A stretch of DNA of 64,000 bases from an uncultured Clostridium sp. (GTDB lineage Bacteria; Bacillota; Clostridia; TANB77; CAG-508): positions 4,805 through 68,804 of the forward strand of contig CAOKRJ010000002.1 in the NCBI GenBank assembly GCA_948471115.1. The letters are read 5' to 3'. The notes beneath the pieces were generated by a model that saw only the letters and a list, made by a program, of their open reading frames with translations, ran no database searches and had not been told where the DNA came from. Position numbers and translations under genes: made by a program. Below, in pieces: positions 41,219 through 48,881 of the stretch (position 1 is its first letter; every line of letters begins with the position of its first letter).

Positions 41219-41247
41219 TGTAACATTTTTAGTTTTCAGTTGTCTAT
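41219..41247 (+). promoter_or_regulatory. ECF-sigma-type (autoregulatory) promoter
   Basis: TGTAAC-N17-GTCTAT(ATACATGAG) lies directly upstream of the ECF sigma gene. Confidence 0.5.
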
Positions 41248-41267
41248 ATACATGAGGGGGAGTATTT

Positions 41268-41741
41268 GTGAATGAAGAAATGTATGAAAAATATGCTTCA
41301 AAGATATATAAATATATTTATTCATTATGCAAAAATAATGATATAGCTGAGGAAATATTACAAGATACATTTTATAATGCAATGAAAAATACAGAGAGTT
41401 TTAAAGGAAATAGTAGTATTTATACATGGTTGTGTAAAATAGCAAAAAACAATTGGAATAATTATTTAAAAAGAAAAAGTAAAATAGAATTTGTTCCTTT
41501 AGAAGAAAATACACTTTATAATTCGGATTTTGAAAATATAGAAGATAAACAAGAATTATTAAGAGTTTATCAAGAGATAAACAAATTAGATTCCACAACT
41601 AAAGAAATTTTGCTTATAAAAATGCATTCAAATTTAACTTTTAAAGAAATAGGAAATTTATTTAATAAATCTGAACAATGGGCAAGAACTAGGTTTTATA
41701 GAGGTAAATTAAAATTAAAGGAGGAATTGGAAAATGAATAA
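41268..41741 (+). CDS. ECF-type sigma-70 family RNA polymerase sigma factor
   Basis: Region 2 is (..AEEILQDTFYNAMKN...F.G.SS..TWL..IAKN) and region 4 is (LTFKEIGNLFNKSEQWARTRFYRGK). Confidence 0.8.
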   Translation: MNEEMYEKYASKIYKYIYSLCKNNDIAEEILQDTFYNAMKNTESFKGNSSIYTWLCKIAKNNWNNYLKRKSKIEFVPLEENTLYNSDFENIEDKQELLRVYQEINKLDSTTKEILLIKMHSNLTFKEIGNLFNKSEQWARTRFYRGKLKLKEELENE

Positions 41742-42684
41742 AAAGATTTGTAATATTGTATTAGACTTACTTCCCATATATGTAGAAGATGATGTAACTA
41801 ATGACACAAAAGAATTTATAGAAGAACATATAAAAGAGTGTAGTAATTGCAAAAATAAATTAGATATTATGAAAATGGATATTGTTAAAGAAGAAGACAA
41901 GTTAAAAAATGATACTAAAATTGAAGTGGAAAAAATAAAAAAGGTCAATAAAAAGCTACAAATGCATAAAGGTATATTACAAGTTAGTAGTATTATTATA
42001 TCAATAATAGCTATAATATTTTTAGGCTGTACAATATATAAAGAATTTAATAAGACTTTATATGATAATATTCAAGAAATTTACGATGAAAATATGAAAT
42101 TAGACAATTATCATTTGACTCAAAAAAATATATACAAAAATTATTTTGAAACAGGAAGTTTTGAAATAAGTAATGATATTTATTGTAAAGATAGTAAATT
42201 CAAAATATATGAAAATTTTAAAAGTATGAATGCAGATAAAACTGAAAAAGTAAGATATGGCGAAATAGGTTCAGATAAAATTACAGAAATAGATATTAAT
42301 GATAATAGTATTAAAGAAATACACATTAATGATGAAAATAGTACAGATGTTATTAAACATTCTTCTTATGTTGATAATAAATATATATTAGACGATATAG
42401 GATATCATGCAAGTTTAGATGACTTTAAGAATATAGATTATAAGGATATGGAAATAAAATTTTTTGAAGAAAGAGAATGGTATGTTTATAGAGAGGGTAA
42501 CGAAATAAATTACAATGAATATTGGATTGATAAAAATAACTTAACTGATATAAGACTAATAGAAAGTAATGAAAAGTTTTACAGGGAAACATCATTTGTT
42601 TTTGAAAGAAATGTTGTAACAGAAGAAAAATTGAATATAAATTATGATACTACAAATTTTAAGAGAATAGAATTATATGATTAA
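41734..42684 (+). CDS. Anti-sigma factor (zf-HC2) with TM helix and extracytoplasmic domain
   Basis: It overlaps the sigma gene stop. HIKECSNCKNKLD zinc-finger motif and a single TM helix are present. Confidence 0.7.
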   Translation: MNKKICNIVLDLLPIYVEDDVTNDTKEFIEEHIKECSNCKNKLDIMKMDIVKEEDKLKNDTKIEVEKIKKVNKKLQMHKGILQVSSIIISIIAIIFLGCTIYKEFNKTLYDNIQEIYDENMKLDNYHLTQKNIYKNYFETGSFEISNDIYCKDSKFKIYENFKSMNADKTEKVRYGEIGSDKITEIDINDNSIKEIHINDENSTDVIKHSSYVDNKYILDDIGYHASLDDFKNIDYKDMEIKFFEEREWYVYREGNEINYNEYWIDKNNLTDIRLIESNEKFYRETSFVFERNVVTEEKLNINYDTTNFKRIELYD

Positions 42685-42704
42685 GGAGCATATAAGAAAG
42701 AATA

Positions 42705-43421
42705 ATGATAAAAATATTAATCGTAGATGACAATTTAGAATACGCAATTAAAATAATGAATAATATAAATAAAACAAATCAAGATATACAGGTTTATAAT
42801 ATAGTGGAAAATGAAAAGAAGGCTTTGAATATATTGAATAATAGGAATGATATAGATATAGTTATATTAAGTTTAAATATAAATACAGAAATTGAATTTA
42901 TAAAACTACTAAAAGATAAGGAAAAATATAAAAAATCTATTATAGTAATATCAGAAAATTTATACAATTATAATAAATTATGTATAAATGATATAATTTT
43001 TTCTATAATATATAAAAATATCAATATGAATGAAATTATAAAAAAGATAAATGAATTGATAGAATTGAAAAATAAAATAGAAGTAGAATATACAGTAAAA
43101 GAAAGGATTATTAACGAAATTCTTAATTTAAATTATGATATGTCTAATTTAGGAACACAATATTTAGTTACAGCAATAGAATATATTATTATTAATATGC
43201 CAAATAAAGACTTTAATAATCTAAAGACAGATGTATATCCTTTTGTAGCAGAATTTAATAATACATCAGTTCATAATGTAAAAAATAATATAGTAAGAGC
43301 TACTGATAAAATGTATTGTCAATGTGAAATAGAAAAGTTGAAAAAGTATTTTCATTATTACAATGATACAAAGCCAGATACAAGAACTATTATAAGGACT
43401 GTAATAAATAAAGTATCATAA
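42705..43421 (+). CDS. Spo0A-C-terminal-domain DNA-binding protein with degenerate receiver domain
   Basis: The C-terminus aligns with the Spo0A effector domain (G.QYL..AIEY, VYPFVAEFNNTSVHNVKNNIVRAT, KPDTRTIIRTVINKV). The receiver keeps DD but has LSL where the phospho-Asp is expected. Confidence 0.65.
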   Translation: MIKILIVDDNLEYAIKIMNNINKTNQDIQVYNIVENEKKALNILNNRNDIDIVILSLNINTEIEFIKLLKDKEKYKKSIIVISENLYNYNKLCINDIIFSIIYKNINMNEIIKKINELIELKNKIEVEYTVKERIINEILNLNYDMSNLGTQYLVTAIEYIIINMPNKDFNNLKTDVYPFVAEFNNTSVHNVKNNIVRATDKMYCQCEIEKLKKYFHYYNDTKPDTRTIIRTVINKVS

Positions 43422-43623
43422 TTATTCTGATTGTTCCCTTTTCTATTGTTTCAAAATAAAAGTAAACAAAAGAAGATATTTATTATAATATTAATGAAAA
43501 GAATGAATATTATACAACCCTTACATACACCATAATACATTATATAAAAATATAAAATACATTACATAAAAGAGTTAAAAGGATATTTTATTTACGTTAT
43601 AATAGTGTAGCAGGGAGGTTGAA

Positions 43624-43956
43624 ATGAGTATATTTGAAGAACGATTATGGAAAAAAGATAAAATTTTAAGACGAAGAATAGAAATAGATAATACATTGTA
43701 TGAAGGTTTACAAAAAATTGTAGAAGAATATGATACAAATATAAGTAATTTGGTAAATATATCAATAGAAAATTTAATTAAAACAGAAAAAGTTAAATTA
43801 TATGAAAGAGCAGAAGATGAAATTGTAGAGGCTCATAATTTTTCGATAAGAGAAGGATTTTATAGAGAGTTAGAAAAGTTAAGAGCAAAGTATGGAATAT
43901 CTGTATATAAGTTAACGAATATTGCAATATACAATGCTTTGAATGATAGAATATAA
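43624..43956 (+). CDS. Hypothetical protein
   Basis: A 110-aa ORF with RBS GGGAGG and a terminator-like hairpin downstream. Confidence 0.5.
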   Translation: MSIFEERLWKKDKILRRRIEIDNTLYEGLQKIVEEYDTNISNLVNISIENLIKTEKVKLYERAEDEIVEAHNFSIREGFYRELEKLRAKYGISVYKLTNIAIYNALNDRI

Positions 43957-44290
43957 AGGACTAGAATAATCTAGTTCTTTTTTTAATGAAAATTAGTACA
44001 TAAATATTCATTATTTAGATATACACATAATAGAGAGTATTTTACAACACGCAAGGGTTGACTAATCATAAAAAACTAACTATAATTATAAATGAATTAA
44101 AATATAAAATATTCAGGAAGGAGGAGAAAATGTAAGATACAAAAGATAGTATTTGGTCGAGTAATAGTAGATAAATTTATTCAATAAATAAACTTGTGTC
44201 TATAAAAAAAGTATGAGAAGATATTTTTTATTAAAAACTGTGTACTCAGTAATGGCAAAACAAAAAAATATTCATAGCACTGTATGAATA

Positions 44291-44569
44291 TTAAGACTCA
44301 AAATATTTAGCTGTATCTTCAAATAATTGATTGTAAGTAATTCCAAGAATATCACAAATGGCTTTCTGCTCAAAATCACGAATAAACAAAGTATTAGCTT
44401 CAATACGAGATATATCAGAATGATATAAAGTAACACCTAATAAAGCAAGTTTATTAGATAGTTCCACTTGGGAAATTCCTTTTTGTTCTCTATATTTTTG
44501 AATGTTAGCACCAACAATATTTGAATAGCCATTTAACTTTTTCGTTTTCATATATATAGTATTACTCAC
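44291..44569 (-). CDS. XRE-family HTH regulator
   Basis: IVGANIQKYREQKGISQVELSNKLALLG. It is a paralogue of 45130-45387. Confidence 0.75.
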   Translation of the reverse strand: MSNTIYMKTKKLNGYSNIVGANIQKYREQKGISQVELSNKLALLGVTLYHSDISRIEANTLFIRDFEQKAICDILGITYNQLFEDTAKYFES

Positions 44570-44762
44570 CTCATAAAAAATACTTTTAACTAATAATACT
44601 ATATTTTTTTAAAATATTCTTTGCGTACATAGAAAAGGAAAAATTAGAAGGAAGAATGAGGTATTATAGGTAAAAGCTTTATATAGTAGTTCATTGAGAT
44701 TTTTATAAATCAGAAAACTATATGATGTAAAGGATGAAAATAATTAATAGGAGGTTTTTAAA

Positions 44763-45083
44763 ATGCAAAAAAAAGGAATGACAGAGTTAATTAGTAATTT
44801 TATAAATTTAAATAAACAAAATATGAATAAGGAAACAGAGGATTTTCTAGATGACTTTGAAGAGTTTGTTGAAATAAGGCTTGATATGGTATGTAATAAA
44901 TTAGAAAAGATGGAAAAGTATAAGAAATTGCAAGACAAATATAATAAGGCACATGATTACTTTTCAACAAGAATACTAGAAACAGAAGTAAATGAATTTG
45001 AAAGAAATATAAATAAAACACATGAATTGGAGAAAGTTTATATTTACTTACAAGGATTGATTGATGGAAGAACAACAGTATAA
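44763..45083 (+). CDS. Hypothetical protein divergent from XRE
   Basis: A 106-aa ORF with RBS AGGAGG. Confidence 0.5.
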   Translation: MQKKGMTELISNFINLNKQNMNKETEDFLDDFEEFVEIRLDMVCNKLEKMEKYKKLQDKYNKAHDYFSTRILETEVNEFERNINKTHELEKVYIYLQGLIDGRTTV

Positions 45084-45129
45084 AGCCTAATAGTTATATA
45101 AGTTTAATAACATTGTAAAATAATAATAA

Positions 45130-45387
45130 TTAATCAAATATATTATCAGTATCTTCAAATAATTGTTCATAGGATACATTGAAAACTTTACAAAATGCAA
45201 TTATTTCAAAATCCTTTAATAACAATTTTTGATTTTCTATTTGGGAAATATCCGAATGATAAATATCTATACCTAGTAGTGCCAGTTTATTTGATAACTC
45301 TCTTTGGGTAAGGTGGCGAAGTTCTCTATATTTCTTTATATTTTTGCCTATAACATTCGATTTACCATTAAATTTTTTAACTCGCAT
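45130..45387 (-). CDS. XRE-family HTH regulator
   Basis: VIGKNIKKYRELRHLTQRELSNKLALLG. Confidence 0.75.
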   Translation of the reverse strand: MRVKKFNGKSNVIGKNIKKYRELRHLTQRELSNKLALLGIDIYHSDISQIENQKLLLKDFEIIAFCKVFNVSYEQLFEDTDNIFD

Positions 45388-45499
45388 TTATGACAATTCC
45401 TTTCTATTTATAATTATTATTTTATATTTTACAATATTTATTTGCCATTCTTGGTAGACTATTTAAACCTAAAGCAGAAAATTATAAAGTAGGGGAAAT

Positions 45500-45790
45500 A
45501 TGGAAGAATTAGAATTAATTTTAGTAGATGAAATTTGTAAACAACAGGATTTTGATGAAATTTTATTACAAATAGCTAGACCTAAAAAAAACAATACTAT
45601 AAAAAGAATAATAAAACTAATTGATGAGAATGTTGAAATAGATGAAAAAGTAAAAAGAAAAATATATGATGGGATTTTTGAATATGTCAATGATATAAAT
45701 GAGAATCTAAAAGTTAATATTAAGGAAATTTATTCATATGCAGTAAAGGAAACTATAAAGAAATTTAATAATAAAGAAGGAGAAGAGTAA
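45500..45790 (+). CDS. Hypothetical protein divergent from XRE
   Basis: A 96-aa ORF with RBS-like GGGGAAATATGG. Confidence 0.45.
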   Translation: MEELELILVDEICKQQDFDEILLQIARPKKNNTIKRIIKLIDENVEIDEKVKRKIYDGIFEYVNDINENLKVNIKEIYSYAVKETIKKFNNKEGEE

Positions 45791-45794
45791 TAAT

Positions 45795-46475
45795 ATGTAT
45801 CCAAAAGTTAAAATAATAATTGCAGATGATAATAAAGAGTTTTGCAATTTTCTAGCAAAATATTTAAGAAAATATAATAATATAGAAATTTTAGGAATTG
45901 CAAATACTGATGAGGAAGAAATTGATATGATAGAAAACTTGAAACCAGAAATTGTAATAACAGATCTATTAAGAAATAATAGATATACAGGTTTAGATAT
46001 TATAAAAAAGTATTATGGTACAAAAAACTCTCCTGAGTTTTTAGTTATTTCTGCTGATAGAGAGCAGGATGTAATAACTGATGAAATAAAAGTTGCAGGA
46101 TATATAAAAAAGCCTTTTATAGATTATAATATAACATATGAAAGTTTAATTAAAATAAGAAATCAATTAATAGATAAAGAATATTTAGAATGGAACGATA
46201 GATACCATAATAATGAAATTATTGAATTAAATAAATACTTTATAGATAAAGAATTTAAAACAATGGAAAAATTAGGAATAAAGATTAAAAATAAAATTTA
46301 TACGGAATGTGAGTTTGAAGTAGTATATATTCAATTATTGAAGTACTATGAAGATGAAGATATGGACGAGGAAGAATTAATGAAAGTTAAAGATTTAGAA
46401 AATACAGGAGTTAGTAGAAAAGACTATAATGATTTAATGAAAAAGTTTGGAAATATCATACAGCGTAGAGAATGA
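45795..46475 (+). CDS. Response-regulator receiver protein with Spo0A-like receiver and non-Spo0A C-terminal region
   Basis: KIIIADDNKEF...LGIANTDEEEI...PEIVITDLL...KKPF parallels the Spo0A receiver (VADDNRE, GVAYNG.E, VLDIIMP, KPF). No HTH is recognisable. Confidence 0.65.
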   Translation: MYPKVKIIIADDNKEFCNFLAKYLRKYNNIEILGIANTDEEEIDMIENLKPEIVITDLLRNNRYTGLDIIKKYYGTKNSPEFLVISADREQDVITDEIKVAGYIKKPFIDYNITYESLIKIRNQLIDKEYLEWNDRYHNNEIIELNKYFIDKEFKTMEKLGIKIKNKIYTECEFEVVYIQLLKYYEDEDMDEEELMKVKDLENTGVSRKDYNDLMKKFGNIIQRRE

Positions 46476-46982
46476 GAATTATAGATTAGAAACAATAATT
46501 ATATAATAAAAAGTATATAGAATGTCAAAAAATGAGGTTCTATATACTTTTTTTATTTTCGCAAAAACCGACAGATTTCGACAAGATAGATATGGTATAA
46601 TATTTACATAATATATTTACAAAAGCGTAAAACTAATTATTAATTTATTAAAACGTATCATTTCAATAAAAAGTAACAGTAAAAAAGTTTTATAAGTTAA
46701 AAGTTAGAATTTTATTAAATACACCAACTTATAAAATTTTTTGAATTGTAAATGGGGGTTATTTTCAAAGTTTTAGAGTGATGTGTTGGTGTATAATAAA
46801 TACAAGCTTTTTAATTAAATATTATTATGCCAAAAAAGAGATTAGATTTATTTTTGTAAATAACAAGAATAAGTGTGATTTCTTTTTTTTTAAGTATGAA
46901 CAAAACAAATTAATTTTTACCAATGGTTGTCGTAGTCCTCCTAGTTCAATTTCAAAATTTGAAATTGAATGGAGGAAAAAAT

Positions 46983-47444
46983 TTGAAAGATAAGTCTAAA
47001 AAAATAAAAGTATATGTACTTCTTAATAATGATTTAAAAACTATTACTACATATAAAAGTTTGAGTGGAACGGCAAAGTCTGCAAAAATGAATAAAATTA
47101 TAAATAATGAATTTCAAAGACGAAAAAATGAAGATAAATCACAAAGAAATGAATTTGATAGACACATAGAACATTTACAACTGACAGAATGCCAAATAAA
47201 TATAAGAGCAGTACATAAAGCACCTAGTATGGAAGAAATGTTATTAGAGAAAGAGGGAGAACGAGAAATTATCAGAAAAATTTGGGATTTACCAATACCA
47301 CAGAATAGACGAGTATATATGTTTATTGTAGATGAGTTTTCACTCACTGAAATAGCAAGAATAGAAAAACGTGATGTTTCGGTTATTAAAAGAAGTGTTG
47401 ATGCAGGAATTAGAAAATTACAAAAAAATTTAAAAAATTTTTAA
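46983..47444 (+). CDS. Sigma-70 region-4-like HTH regulator (conjugative-transposon Orf7-like)
   Basis: RRVYMFIVDEFSLTEIARIEKRDVSVIKRSVDAGIRKLQKNL. The likely start is TTG 46983 after GGAGGA. The tracked ORF begins at 46923. Confidence 0.55.
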   Translation: MKDKSKKIKVYVLLNNDLKTITTYKSLSGTAKSAKMNKIINNEFQRRKNEDKSQRNEFDRHIEHLQLTECQINIRAVHKAPSMEEMLLEKEGEREIIRKIWDLPIPQNRRVYMFIVDEFSLTEIARIEKRDVSVIKRSVDAGIRKLQKNLKNF

Positions 47445-47476
47445 TTTACTAACAAAAAACAGGGGGTAAAGTGAGG

Positions 47477-47514
47477 AATAAAGTGAGAGGGTATAAAAAC
47501 TTTCTCACTTTATT
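47477..47514 (+). terminator. Rho-independent terminator
   Basis: A 12-bp stem AATAAAGTGAGA / TCTCACTTTATT. Confidence 0.6.
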
Positions 47515-47821
47515 CAATTTTTAATAAAGAAAATGTACTTTGACAACTTAATAATATCATTAGAAACACTATTACTGGAGCTAGTGTGGGAAACAACACT
47601 CATATACACTAAAAAACATTAAGTAGCACTTAATGAGGCGAGGATAGTAATAGGTTGAAAACACTTGCATAGTCATAACTTGAGCGTTAAGAGCGTCGCA
47701 CGTATTGAGTGCAAATCTGTGAAAAAAGCAGATAGGTGGGATAAAATCTGTGAGCAATTTAGCAAATTGCTATCTAATGATATAGAGAACAATTAAAATA
47801 TATTACAATGGAGGAATAAAA

Positions 47822-48193
47822 GTGGAAAGAGAGATATATAGAGGGGAAATATATTATGCAAGATTATATGAAACAGTAGGAAGTGAACAGTCTGGAGTTA
47901 GACCAGTTGTAATAGTTCAAAATAATACAGGAAATAGATATTCAAAAACAGTTATTATTGTTCCATTAACAAAGAAAATTGAAACAAATGAAATACAGCC
48001 AACACATGTTATAGTTAAGGCATTTGGAAATATAAAATATGATTCAACAATACTAACTGAGCAAGTAAGAACAATAGACAAAAAAAGACTGGGAGAAAGA
48101 ATTGGAACATTACCACATAGATATATAAAATACTTAGATGAAGCATTAAAAATTGCACAAGGAATAAAGAATTATAGTGATATTAAGAAATAA
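47822..48193 (+). CDS. mazF: MazF/PemK-family endoribonuclease toxin
   Basis: GEIYYARL...SEQSGVRPVVIVQNNTGNRYSKTVIIVPLT is canonical MazF/NdoA. GTG start follows GGAGGA. Confidence 0.85.
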   Translation: MEREIYRGEIYYARLYETVGSEQSGVRPVVIVQNNTGNRYSKTVIIVPLTKKIETNEIQPTHVIVKAFGNIKYDSTILTEQVRTIDKKRLGERIGTLPHRYIKYLDEALKIAQGIKNYSDIKK

Positions 48194-48237
48194 GTATATT
48201 GATTACTTGTTTCTTTATTTATTGGAAAGGAATAGGA

Positions 48238-48615
48238 ATGGATGAAAAAATAGTTCAAAAATTAATAAGTCAAAGATATTCTGTAAAACAAATGATAGCT
48301 TATTTTATATTTGGGTATTTAAACACTGAAGATAAAGAGGAATTTAAAAATATATTAAATTCGATTTCATCCCAAATAATAAAGATAGATAAAACAGAAA
48401 TATTAAAAATGATAAGAGTAAAGTATATAGAAGATATTGATATTTACTGGAGATTAACTGCCGAACAAATGCTTTGCTATGCCTATATAGTTTTTGAAAG
48501 TCTTATGAAAGAAAATCGAAAAATTCGAATACAAGATATAAAAAATGAGTTTATAGTGCTATCAAAGCTATACTCTCCTAGTAATGCAGTCGAATATGTA
48601 GAAAATATTAAGTAA
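48238..48615 (+). CDS. Hypothetical protein
   Basis: The likely start is MDEKIVQKL. No family recognised. Confidence 0.45.
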   Translation: MDEKIVQKLISQRYSVKQMIAYFIFGYLNTEDKEEFKNILNSISSQIIKIDKTEILKMIRVKYIEDIDIYWRLTAEQMLCYAYIVFESLMKENRKIRIQDIKNEFIVLSKLYSPSNAVEYVENIK

Positions 48616-48881
48616 ACAATAGATGAATAATATAAAAAAGTGAGAATATGATTTTGTTAAGGAGGAATGCTTATGAAATGTAAATATGAAATAAATTATA
48701 CTTTTCCAAAATCATTATCATTTGAAGAAATAAAGGAAATTGTGTGCGAGAAAATTGCAAAGTTAATGATTTTAGATGAAAAATAAAAATCACACATTTT
48801 TATTTTTGATAAATAAAAAATATAATAATGGAGGTATTAAAATAGGCATTTAGCCGAATCAATAGGAAAGGAAAGTTGATT

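Noticed and set aside
46778-46993. ORF 46778-46993 (+), 71 aa.
   Set aside because: It has no RBS and a low-complexity product, and it lies in the long leader region. It is more likely non-coding.
38330-48700. Antibiotic-resistance cargo on the ICE or nested transposon (such as catP, van or tet).
   Set aside because: No ORF resembles a known resistance determinant. The cargo consists of regulators, HU, a glycosyltransferase and MazF.
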